Source: Octopus sinensis
Lineage: Eukaryota
Assembly (NCBI RefSeq): GCF_006345805.1
Contig: NC_042998.1
Span: 55,490,001 to 55,554,000, forward strand
Direction: 5' to 3'
Length of the DNA stretch: 64,000 bases
A program made the translations under genes and the position numbers. Below, in pieces: positions 36,522 to 49,076 of the stretch (within the stretch, counting starts at the first letter, position 1; each line of letters starts with the position of its first letter). The notes beneath the pieces were generated by a model that did not search any database, had not been told where the DNA came from, and saw only the letters and a list, made by a program, of their open reading frames with translations.

Positions 36522-37308
36522 TAAAACGGATACACTGCGTAGATGGTTGCTCAAGATTGTGTGCGATTGTGTAAAAGGCGTCAATATAGAGTGTCTTATT
36601 TCATATTCTGACAATTGAGTAAAGTGAAACATTTTCAAAGTCATTCATCTTTGAAATTTGAGACTCCCTGTGCATGAATGTTCATACTTTTTATATTTAT
36701 GTATTCATAAGTATCGGCTGTACTAGATATATGCTATTGGCACGTATCAAAAATAGTGTTTTACTTGAATTACCCGCTTAAACAGGAGCAAATTGCATTC
36801 TGTTATGTCATTATCGCGTAGATATTTACCATAAAATGACTAAAAGATACCAATTTCTTCTGCTTTAGAATTCATGGTAATTTCCTTTTGATACAGATGA
36901 ATGCCATCGGCATATGTTACCTCCCTGCTATTGCTGAAGGAATAGTAGTTAAATTATCATTTATATACATTTGCAAAGAAAAAAAACGGAACGTTCAATA
37001 TACACGCTTATTTACAATCATAAATTTTTAGGAATAGAATGTAGAGCTGATATGAGGTATCATATAAATATCATTATATTTATCGATCCATTGAATTATT
37101 CGTCGCGTATGTGCAGAGAAGTTTTATTGTGACAGTAATTTGTAAGGAAACAATGCATTTTACTGTTCTGTGTAAAGAATTTTGAGTAGTCTGTAATTTA
37201 ACATGCTCTTCCTATACCACTTATATGAGTCATTCAAGGCTTACTTTTTGATGAACCAGAGAGTGAACTTGAAATATTGGCGAGAAACTATTGATAGTGT
37301 ATATTAAA

Positions 37309-39430
37309 CTAGCAGGGATGCCCGGCTTTACCCGGATGTCGAATATATAGAAACGTTTTCCTGAAACTTAAATCATTGTTAGTATGTTTTTATGCAATGA
37401 TTTTCTTTTTCTATGCAATTACATTTGTATATATTTTCTTGTAATTCAGTGACATGTCTAAAGAATTATTTTCCGGTTTCTATAATGTATGAGGCTTTCT
37501 TACTGTGTTTGTTGATAATTTGTGACATTAGATAATATTCTCTGTATGGTTTACGTTATTTCTAAACTTATATATATATATAAAACAGGAACAATTCTAA
37601 TAATAAATGTTTTATTCAGCAAGAGCTCTGGGAGGAGTAAAGGTTCCTTGCTTTGGTGATTCAGTGCCTTCGTAAAATGATGTATACTTCGTATACTTGG
37701 TCCATCATGACAGCTTGTATCACAGAGCACATTATGAGGAAAAACATGGTCTAGTCAAGTTTTATTGCAGCAATTCTCAGGGATTGTCTTTGATACATGT
37801 TGACGATCAAAGAAAAAGACACAGGAAACTGACGATGCTTGAACTGAAACAGCTTGTTGATGGGATGCGAAAATTTGTGGAATGACAGCATCTTCTCACT
37901 TAGAATAACTATATATAAAACTAGTTTCAATAATAAGGCACATGCAACGGTTATGAGAGCTAAATATTTAACGCTAGGGTTTTGGTCCATCCAAATTTCG
38001 AACTAACAAAATAGCCATTCCTACTTTCAGCTGTAGATAATAAGGTAGAACAACAATAAGTTTAAAAGAAGGTAGAAACACTGTTGTATAGTTGACAGCA
38101 TGTTGATATTATCAGTGTCCTTTTGGGGAGTAAAGATGGCATGTTCAGAAAGCTATTAATGGTTCTATAATTCCGCTAGACAAGGATAGATTTTTTTGTA
38201 GCATTTCTTGGTGTGCGTTGATAATCGTTCCACATTTTTTAAAGATGTATTTTGATGACTCCACTCACAGTTTTAACTGATGACTGAACATTGTTTTAAT
38301 TAAACGTTTGAAAACTGGGCTGATGAGACATCCCTGTTAATAGTAGGTGTAACTAGCATATCAGTACAAAATCGAAAAATGAAGCCTTCCCTTGTCTCTA
38401 ACAATATTAGTTTCTTTGAGGCATGCTTTCATCGCATCAGTAGGTGTAACTTTTGCGATGACAATCAGTGTTTGTTTGAAATCAACACATAGAATGACTT
38501 CAAATCTATACGTTTTAGTGTTACCTCTGAGTTCTTTTAGGATACAGGGAGAGCATCAAATGCAGTCTGTCATATTTTTCAGCATGGGTTGCTTTGTAAA
38601 TTCTTCGTGTTCAGATCTTTTACCAATATTGCAGACCTGAGTATCGTGTGCAAGATTAAGCGCCAGCTTAAAAGCAGAATAAGCAGGCTTGCGATGTGTA
38701 AATTTGCAGCAATTCCAGATGATGTCTCTGCAATAGCAATCTCTTTGTGTGAACAGACTTTTTGCCAGAATTGGGTTGAGAGAAAAGGGTTTTGCCTATT
38801 TCAACAGAATAATCGAAGAAAAGTATTCGTCCCAAGTCAGATCTCACCGATTGATTGATATTTGCATTAGATTCTTTTTTAAACTGGAAGAAAATTTGGA
38901 TTCATTTTGATGGAAATATTGTTTTATTTGTTCAATGTCCTAACTGGTTACCTAAAGAATCTCTAAACGGAGAATTGCAGCTGCAGTTCGTACAGGAATT
39001 GGCAGCCCACATTGTTCATGATCCTTGCGATTCGTGGATTGTACACTACTTTCTATGGTAATCAGAGATTGGTTGTACTTGTCACAGGTAAAACTCTACA
39101 CGTCAGTTTTATTTTCTACACGTTTTGTACTTCATGAAGTGTCTTCTGTTATGCTGTCCTGGCATGTTTTTTCAAAGATGCTGAGAATTAGATGGGGAAT
39201 GGGTACAGGAACTGATAGCAAAAAGCTTTATCATCTTATATAAAGAATGCGACACAGCAGCTTCTTCCAAAATATTGTTCCAGTTTGCATCATCTTCCAA
39301 GAGGAAACTTTTCTAGCAAACTTACGGTATGTTGGACAAACTAACAAGCAATTGTTTTGAGGTCTTGGAATAAGAGGAGACCATACCATAGAAAATAATT
39401 TATTTGGCCATTGTTTCATATCTAAATTTT
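37309..39430 (-). mobile_element. Decayed autonomous-type Helitron (RepHel, Pif1-like helicase remnant) with 3' terminus
   Basis: Minus strand: LLEDDANWNNILEEAAVS, FDYSVEIGKT (degenerate Walker A), IAIAETSSGIAA, AYSAFKLALNLAH, DFKQTLIVI, FQFKHRQFPVS. CTAG plus hairpin at 37309-37340. Confidence 0.85.
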
Positions 39431-39968
39431 TATAGATTTATATGAATCATGTTTATTCAAAATGATCTAGTACTTTCTATAATAATTTTTTCTGTTGCTT
39501 TCGCGGACCCTCATGACTCTCTGTCACCATCTAATTCCATCATTATGGATTTGAATTAGGAAATTGAGATATAGTGAATCTTTTATTAGCTGATTACACA
39601 ACCATAGAAGCCATCCCTGTGGATGTTTATAATAATACCGGGAGACAATAATACTTAGCGTAGCCGTTTCTAATATCTCTTAACTTAAAAACAAAATATC
39701 CTCAAAAAGTTCGTATGCGGTTTTGAAATTCATGAAATATAGAAAATAATTTATTCTTACTTTTTTTTTACATCTACATTTGTTTACGGTTCTAAAATCT
39801 GCAGGTGTTATGTTCGGGAACGAGAACTGTAATTTTTATAAACCTTAATGTATATTCCTATAAAATTTACACCTGATTTATGGAGCAATTACCTAAATAT
39901 TTTACAAACAAGAACACACACACACAAATATATATATATATATATAATATATATATATATTATATATA

Positions 39969-40017
<49 letters not shown>

Positions 40018-41468
40018 CATACATATATATGTAATATACGTATGTGACCGCGTGTGTATCGTTGGCTATTTTCCTTCTCCGTCTTCCCTTCCTTGGACCT
40101 TTCCTTTTTCTATGTTTCTGACGAAGAGCTCCGCTTGAAACGTTGAATCCTCCTTCTTTCTTTCCTTTGCTGAGCGTCCAATAACACTGTACTTGTTTCA
40201 CGTCCTCACGTTGTTGTTTTTTCTCTTTGTTCATGTTTAGATTAACTATAAATATATATATAAACAAGTTTGAACGTGAAATCATGAAAGGATAATCTTT
40301 TATTTTCCACGGTATCTTCAATAACTTAGTACTTGGTTTTTGAAGACATGACATTTAAATATTGAGTTTTAATAAATGTAAAGCAATATATGTGAATGAG
40401 AATATGCGTGTGAGGAGGGGAGAGAGATTGATTCATGAAAGAATGAAGGTGAAACAAAATAGCTTGACATAACAAACTGACTGTGTTTCTGTACTGCACA
40501 CTAATAGTCTTTCCCCCTTAAAACTTCCAGTTTTTCTTCATTTCTTTTTTTGCTTCACCCCTGTCTGTATTATTCCAAGTGAACCAATCTCAGATATTTT
40601 TTTTTTCAGTATTCAAAATTACCATTTTCACTCATCAAATAAAATGGCACATTTTGATATCTGTTATCCTAAAATTTTGGCTAGCATATCTATTTTTATC
40701 AAAACATTATAATTTCAAATATTATCATTGAAATTGTTAATCAGATATCAGCATTGTCAACAAGGTATTTTCTTTAGGCTCTGTCTTTTTGTCATTCAAA
40801 TAGCAAATATGAATACGTTCATCACAATCGACTTTTCATGTCATCCTTGAAAATTAATATTTTATAGAAAGCATCTGGTTTTCTTGTATAGTGAAAACGA
40901 TATGATAAAAAAACCGTATTTATGAGTTTTCTAATTTTCAATCTTAATTTCCAGTTAGAAGGTGAAAGGCGTCCATACTCTACAATAAATAAAAAATATA
41001 ATCAAAATTGTTGAACAGAAGCAATATTAGGATTTTAGCAGAGAAATAGATTATAGTGTAATCTTAGTAATTAGTTAAAACATTACCTTAATCAGCATTA
41101 AATTTCATTCTTACATGAGCGCTTATACCAAAATAAACATGTGCAACATATGTTAATTTATGTGTGTATTGCCTGATGTATATTTATGCGTATTCTTATA
41201 CATGTATTTGTATACTTTAGTTTTAAATAAATTTATCTAAAAACATGTTTGCATATATTCATATGTTTCGTACCTTACCTAAAACAATGAACAGTATTTG
41301 AGCGTAGAAACTTTATGGCACTTTATGGCACATGTATATGCCCGCATTAGGGCATATTGGGAAGCTAGAATTTGATAAAGAAATCTGTCATATACATAAT
41401 CTCCGAAAATGAATCATTTTTAAAGAGGAATCTAATGAAAGCAGAACAAACATCTTTGCTTATTTAAA

Positions 41469-41590
41469 CCAGTGGTTCTCAACCAATTTTTACCTATAGA
41501 TCCACTTTGATTCCTGTTCTGTTTAGATAGATCCTCGTTGTCATTCGATGTTTAAAAAATATTATATAATTTTTATAATTAACTATTATA
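41469..41590 (+). mobile_element. hAT/Charlie-like MITE left end, interrupted by a SINE
   Basis: CAGTGGTTCTCAACC terminus, like the 58447 element. Confidence 0.5.
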
Positions 41591-41750
41591 GGCGCATGCG
41601 TGGCTGTGTGCTAAGAAGTTTGCTTCCCGACCACAAGGTTCCGGGTTCAGTCCCACTGCGTGGCATTTTTGGCAGGTGTTTTCTGCTTTAGCCTCGGGCC
41701 AACCAAAGCCTTGTGATTGGATTTCGTAGACGAAAACTGAAAGAAGCCTG

Positions 41751-41793
<43 letters not shown>

Positions 41794-42067
41794 GTGTGTG
41801 TGTGTGTGTGTGTGTGTATGTATATATCTATGTGCGTGTATGTCATTGTGTCTGTGTTTGTCCCTCATCAACACTTGACAATCGGTGTTGGTGTGTTCAT
41901 GTTCCTGTAACTTAGCGGTTCAGCAAAATAAACTGATAGAATAAGTACTAGGCTTAATAAAATTAAGCCCTGTGGGTGACTTATTCGAGTAAAACCTTTC
42001 AAGCCGGTGCCTTAGTGTGGCCATTGTCAAATGACTGAAACAAGTAAAAGAAAGAAGATAAAAGATA
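41591..42067 (+). mobile_element. SINE family A, full length
   Basis: Colinear with the other copies. Confidence 0.9.
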
Positions 42068-42102
42068 TATTATTAGGAATTGTATATAATATATGTATAT
42101 AT

Positions 42103-42163
<61 letters not shown>

Positions 42164-43651
42164 GCATATATACATACATACACATAGTGAGTACAGCAGT
42201 GAACATATCGCGAGACAATCAGAATGGCAGACGAGCAGATTGAGAGTGAGGAAGTGGGAAAATAATCCTATTTCAGCATTTAACAGTCATTTTATTATCG
42301 TGTCTGTTTTAAAAAATTTGCACCAGGGTTTAAATGTGCTAGATAGTTTTTCACAAATTATGCTTAGATTTAAATTACAATTTGTTAGCATAATATATTT
42401 TAAAAAATATTTCGTTTTTTTAGCTTTAGCTCTTCTTTAGGTTCTAAACTCTCTAAATGTGACTTAAAAACTGCAAATTTCGTTGCCTGACCACACTACT
42501 TCGTCTCAAACACAACAGCGTGAAGTTAATGAGAATTATTCGCTCACAAACCATGAAATCGTTGGATTTAAGTTAAAGAGAGAGTTAATCTCTAAATATC
42601 AGAGAGCATTAAACTATCATTATAGCAGAGATGATAAAATCTCTCTCAATTATCTTCTGTTACACTGACGTACCTATCAAATTACAATTGAACGTTATTT
42701 CTTAAATAGTGTAGCGTCAGCGCCATTTGCAAAACTAGCATTTCCTATTTTAACGTGAAAATGTTTAAATTTTTTTTATTTTTGTTAGTTTTACCAGAGA
42801 AAATGTATAAAGAAATATTTTCTGAACTCCTTCGATGTATTTATCTAGTTTGTGTCATTGTTAAAAAAAAAATTAAAATAGATGTTCATTAAAAAAAGAT
42901 TAAAATAGAAGTTCATTAACAAAAGATTAGAGATTAAAATTGACCTTTTTAAATAGATACGACTGTTGTTAATGTTAGGCCTAACTAATCGTAAAGTAAA
43001 TACCACCATGACCAATATCCAAACTACAGTGGTAAAGACTAGCCGCTGGATTTGGGTAAAAAGAGACGATGAGCGATGGCTAAAAGAATTTTGAGCTTTA
43101 TTTGATAACCAGCTGATCTAGCAAGCGGGGCCTCATATCAGTGAGGGGGCCGGTGCACATTGATGCCGTCGAGAGGTAAGCCTCGAAACGACGCACATTC
43201 TCTCCTGATGACCCCATACACTTGTTGCCTTCCGGTATGCGGAGCTCTCGACTGGGAGAACTTGCATGTGCAAGTCGTTTGCAAAACATCATCGCGAGTT
43301 ATTATTTAATCTCAAATCAGTTCGGACTTATCAGAACTAAGAATAAACGTGTTTCAGATGTGACCATATGAAACGGTCTCTATGAAACGGTTGTGTATCA
43401 AGCATCTCAAGCGATATATAAACACTTTCAAGTGACATTTACAAACAACATATTCACTCATTTAGATCAAAGACAGGAGAAATATCGACATCGTTTTCTC
43501 AATTCGTTAGGTAACATAGGGAGCATGGAATTTAAATTTCACCCCACAATAACGATTGATATCACGGTAATGCCTTTGATAGTTCATAGATTACGAAACT
43601 GTATTATATGTATATACATATACACATATGGATATATATATATATATAATA

Positions 43652-43711
<60 letters not shown>

Positions 43712-43716
<5 letters not shown>

Positions 43717-44006
43717 CCGTAATAATGAAGGGTGAAATTAATTAATTTGGAAAAATTATCAATTACACCAAGTAGTCTTCGGCATGTAAAAGCCTCATTC
43801 GAGGAAAATTTAAGTAATACTAAGCAATAAGGGTTTAGCAACGAGTTGCCTTACCACATACCGAATTTAGAAATAGCAGTCAAAGGGTTATAGCTATTTC
43901 TTCTACTAGCTTTTTAGTAGAAGAAATAGCTATAACCCTTTGACTGCTATTTCTAAATTCGGTATGTGGTAAGGCAACTCGTTGCTAAACCCTTATTGCT
44001 TAGTAT
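43712..44006. repeat. Fold-back element: ~105-bp tail plus 92-bp perfect inverted arms (43817-43908 / 43915-44006) between (TA)n tracts
   Basis: The arms are 100% reverse complementary by eye, with loop GCTTTT. Confidence 0.95.
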
Positions 44007-44176
44007 ATATATATATATATATATATAACTTATTTGCAAGGGCAAAAGAAAAAAATTATTTCTATGCCAATATGCTGATAACAGACTTTTAATCGTCAAT
44101 TTTCACATTTAATTACACATTCTCTATAAATACACGTTGTGCTGAAATGTGGAAAAATTTTTAGCCTACATTAGTA

Positions 44177-44220
<44 letters not shown>

Positions 44221-45222
44221 AAATATTTGTTTGTTTTTTTTACTTTTGCAATTCGTCAATTTCTGTACCACTTTTCCCATATAGTTGCTATAGCTTTGAT
44301 TTTATGTTTGAATTATTTGCTGGGCACGTTTGCAATAAAAGCTTCATTTTGTGGATTAGTTAAGATGAATTATGTGAAATGTATCACAGTCTACTACTTA
44401 TTTGAGGCACGTGGACCACTATAATTTGAGGTGAATTTAAAAGATTATATCACTTAAAATTTTAACACATTCGAAAACGCAACGATGTGATTTAATAAAC
44501 ATAGCATGATTGTTGACGAACTTTTTTTATTTTTATGACACATTTTAGATGTGAAATCAAAGGAATATAGACAAAGTGAGGGGTTAAGAGAGAGACAGAA
44601 AGGTAGAAAGTGAAGGAGAGTATAATGAAGTGGCTATATTTCGACTGCCTCTTTCGGAGGCGGATGTCAAATAGTAGCTCAGCTGTCGGGCTTTCTCAAT
44701 TGGCAGTTGTCCACTTCAGTTTTGTTTTCTATCTCTTTCTGTTTACCTATGTCCCGCTAACTTCCTGTTCGAAAAGAGTGATTTGAGATTGAAAATTTAA
44801 CTCTTTAACATTCAAATTACTCTGCCATGTGTAACGATTATTATTCACATTGTTTTCAAATGGTCGTTCGTTATGTTGCAGCATCGAGATTTCGATGATG
44901 TAATCGTATATTTTTTTTTTTTTTTTTTTACAATGACATAATAGTGAAGGTGCGAGAGACCAGACCTGGACATTTGAACATAAAACAAGTAGAATCTTTG
45001 GAACAGATATAACCAGTTTCAATGTTAAAAGACTGAGAGAAGAAAATAAAATTATTTAGTATTAATTCGATTTTAGTAACTTTGTTGTTGTTGTTTTACT
45101 TCCAAATCTCTGAATAGAAATCATTGTAAATGTTTTCATTAATACAATTATGAATCCTAATGTATAAAGTTATCCGGTCATTTTCTTATGAAATATTATA
45201 GTAATTGTTCTGACATAACATT

Positions 45223-45483
45223 GTGGAGGCGCAGTGGCCCACTGGTTAGGACAGCGAACTCGCGTTGTGTGTGTTTATTGAGCGAAAACACCTAAAAGCT
45301 CCACGAGGCTCCGCAGTGGGTGGTGGCGACCCCTGTTTAACGCTTTCGCCCCAACTTTCTTCCTGTTTCTTGAGTAACGCTGCGATGGACTGGCTGGGAG
45401 GGGGGGCACAAACGCCACAGAAACTGGGAAAACGGGTCCATGAGCCTGGCTAGGCTTGAAAAGGGCGCATAAATAAATAAATA
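45223..45483 (+). mobile_element. SINE family D (tRNA head, V-domain-like core, (TAAA)n tail)
   Basis: GGAGGCGCAGTGGCCCACTGGTTAG head and GCTGCGATGGACTGGC core. The 3' part is shared with 58117-58242. Confidence 0.75.
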
Positions 45484-45628
45484 ATCTGACATAACATTAC
45501 ATGTTCTACAACCGAGAGGCGAGATAAAGGGAGACAAAAATACTGTGTGAAAGGCAAGTAGCATTATATTAGCGCTCATCCTGCGTACGTTTTAAAGTGA
45601 GAAGCTGTATGCATAAATTTATTCAAAA

Positions 45629-47111
45629 CTAGCTAAATCACCCGGCGTTGCTCGAGATATTGCTGTTCTTATTCAAATTAGTAAACAATAAATATGAAGA
45701 TATATTTTTCTCTCTCATAATTATTTCAAAATATCTATATTTTATAGAAAAATATCCAAATTGTAATGATAATAGAATTTAGAAATGAAAAGTCTGTCAA
45801 TCTTGAAGCACCACAGGGTAAACAATATTCATTGTCTAATTATTTGTTGGTGTCTAAATGAATAAACTGTTGCGGTTTCCAACTCGTGAGCAACCAACAT
45901 AGAGTTGGCCACGGGAGAAGCATGTAGCAGAGAGATGAAGTCCAACTACCTTGAGGGATTGACTCTGAGATTTGTTAATTGAAATACCATAACTTAGTTT
46001 GACTGGAAACTGAGGCTTCTTAAATTCAAATGGAACAACTATAGGTACGAGAGAAAATTTTTGGAATAAAGACAGTTTTCCTTTGTGACTACCTATTATG
46101 ATTGTTACTTGTAGGATATGGGATTTCATGGAAGAAACAATTTAACAAGTTCCATTACACAGATGATGTGGGTCAAGATTCCTATGCAGCATAATGGGAG
46201 CATCCAGCTTAGTGTCAAGTTATGCGGTGGTATCCCAGTGAGTTTAAGCGTATTCAGAAATTCAGCAGAGTATCGAACAGCCTGATCTTGATCGGCTGCT
46301 GTGAGAATTGATAGAAAAGTCATTTCTAATGTATCTGTTAACTTTTGAAATTCATGATTGAGTTTATCAACCATTTCATTTGTTGGAACCAGTATAGCAC
46401 TTTCACGTAGCCAGTTTATGTCAGTGTAATTGACAGTCACACATACACTCACACACATACATTGACACACACATACTCTCTCATATGCATTCACATACAT
46501 ATACTAAGACAGACACACACAGACATACATTTACGTAACGAACGCGCAAACACACACTCACAGATACATACACATATACAAAATGTGCCGTCGTCGTCAT
46601 GATATAAAATATCCTTTAATATGTGGTACGTAAAGAACGAGCAAACACACACACACTCTCAGACACATATACACTCATATACAAAATGTATTGTCATTAT
46701 CGTGATATAAAATGTCATTTGCTATGTCGTACATCATGAAGGTTTAAGCAACACACACAGACGGATACATACACACTTATATACAAAATGTGTCGTCGTC
46801 GTATAAAATGTCCTTTACTATCTCCTACGTAACGAACGCGCAAACACACAGTCACAGACAGATACACACTCATATACAAAATGTAGCGTCGTCGTCGTTA
46901 TATAAAATATCCTGCTTTATAGTCGACTATAGAAAAGTTATTTCCGAGAAAATGTTATATCGTTTTAAAAAATGCAAATGAAAAAAAATTACATGACGAT
47001 ACTCGCAGGGTGTAATACTATTGCCTTTTAAAATTTGATTTGATTTGATGGAGCCGTTTGAGAATGCATGGGGAACAGACAGACAGACAAAGAATTTTAT
47101 ATAGAGATAGA
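45629..47111 (-). mobile_element. 1.5-kb Helitron deletion derivative with helicase C-terminal remnant and internal ~100-bp tandem repeat x4
   Basis: WLRESAILVPTN...AEFLNTLKLTGIPPHNL and QFPVKLSYGISINKSQSQSLKVVGLHL...FSRGQLYVGCSRV. Both termini are present. Repeats lie at 46533-46930. Confidence 0.88.
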
Positions 47112-47529
47112 TTAAAGATTAATAATTAACTGACACTGGCTTTCGTTTTCATAATTCGGTTCTTGCAGTGTTCTGAGATAATCTGGAAATAACTGAGTTT
47201 AAAATATCAAAAATTATCTAAGGTTTGTATGTGTAATTTTGAGTAGTAGTTATAAAAGAGTAGTAGCTTCAGCATGGCAGCATACTGCAGACTACATGAC
47301 TATAAATGGTATACGCCAGCAGTGCGCCATGATAGATCGCTAGCCACTACATATTCTTTATTTTCTCTCCTTGTTTCTTTCTGTGTTCCTTTCTGTAGAA
47401 GAGCGTAGGCTCGAAACGTTAAATACTTTTTCACATCCCGAGCGTTATACTAATACATCTGTTTGTTGTCCATACCACCTGTCTTCGTCCTTTGTTTTTT
47501 TAAATCTCCCCCTATATATATATATATAT

Positions 47530-47800
47530 TTTTTTTATATATATAAAACTGAGAATGTGTGTCTGTCTGTCTGTGTGTTTCCCTAAAACTTGAGAACTAT
47601 ACAGCCAATTTCATTCAAATTTTACACATGCCTTACTTAGGGTCTGGGGAGTGTCATAGTTTCATAGGCAAAACAAATATGTTCAACTTCTTGCCTAGAG
47701 CGAGCCCATAGCAATATCATATCTTCTCCACTATTTCAGTATTACGTGTTAAAAAGTGAAACAAAAACGTTTCTCTATTTTATGTCAGATACTTTCACTT
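47530..47800 (+). mobile_element. Helitron-like 5' end
   Basis: ATATATAAAACTGAGAATGTGTGTCTGTCTGTC start, resembling the other Helitron heads. Confidence 0.5.
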
Positions 47801-48588
47801 TAACAATAAAAATAATAACAATTGAATTATATGTAGTAAGAAATAATTAAAATCAAACTAAAGTATAATATAATCGTAACATAACAAAAGTAAAAATAGC
47901 AATTGGTATAAAATTGCATCAATGACTTGAACTTGAATAAGTGGTTTCACATGAATGGGAATAAATTAAAAATAAAATTAGCGTGCAGAAATGGAATAGT
48001 CCAGATGGATAAAAAAAAATTAAATTAAAGAAAAGACTATTGTCTATAAAGTATACAATGTAGAGAAAAAAAAAGATTTGAACACCTTCGAAAAGTGTCT
48101 TGGTGCGACTATGAAAGGTATCTAATCAGAGGCGGTAAATTCGCCACAATAGAAGGAAGGTTCGAGTCAACGGGGCGTGCAAGGGAGTACTCGACTCGAA
48201 CTTGTAAAAGTGGAAATATTTTATTTTTACCTTTATATCTGGGACATAGAACGTCCCGGAAAAAAATTTTTAATGACCCCCCCCCCCCCGAAGTAGAGGT
48301 AGGCTGGATTGTAGCCACACTTCTATACAAGAGGGGGGGGGGCAAGATACAATTGATCGAAATTACAAGAGACGGGCTAACAATTCCAGTCTGTTATATA
48401 TTTTGAGTATTGTTATCACTAGCGATATCAAGATATAACTTTGTATTTTGCATTTTATGTGTAGATGTATATATATATAGATGTACATGTAATATGTACA
48501 CATATATATACACATATATACATTCACTAGCACTATGACCCGGCAACGACGGGTCTTTAATGCGAGTATATATATATATATGCATATA

Positions 48589-48778
48589 CAGTAATCCCTC
48601 GTCATATCGCGGTTCTCTTATCGCGCACTCAGTACATCGTGGCTCACCTATCATGCACTTAATTCACTTAGTATATCGCGGGTTTCTGCGGCCGATAGCT
48701 ATTCATATTTTTTTATATTTTAATTACTTCTGAGGGAAGTTTTGGAACGCAACACCCGTGATAGTCGAGAGATTACTG
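48589..48778. mobile_element. Tigger/pogo-like MITE (190 bp)
   Basis: TIRs CAGTAATCCCTCG...CGCGG / CCGTGATAGTCGAGAGATTACTG, in a TA-rich context. Confidence 0.7.
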
Positions 48779-48800
48779 GATATATATATCATATATATAT

Positions 48801-48849
<49 letters not shown>

Positions 48850-49043
48850 GCATAAGCGTACACGTATATGTATGCACATATACTTGCTTACACGCACACA
48901 CGTATAACTGCATACATATATGTTTAAATAAACGCTTGTATATATGTACATATTTATGAATGTATTTCTCTCTCTTTATATACATATATATATATATATA
49001 TATTCATTCATAGATACATACATACATATATACATACATACAC

Positions 49044-49076
<33 letters not shown>

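Noticed and set aside
43165-43225. GAAAC and CTGATGA words close together in a GC-rich patch
   Set aside because: The order and spacing do not allow stems I-III of any hammerhead topology.
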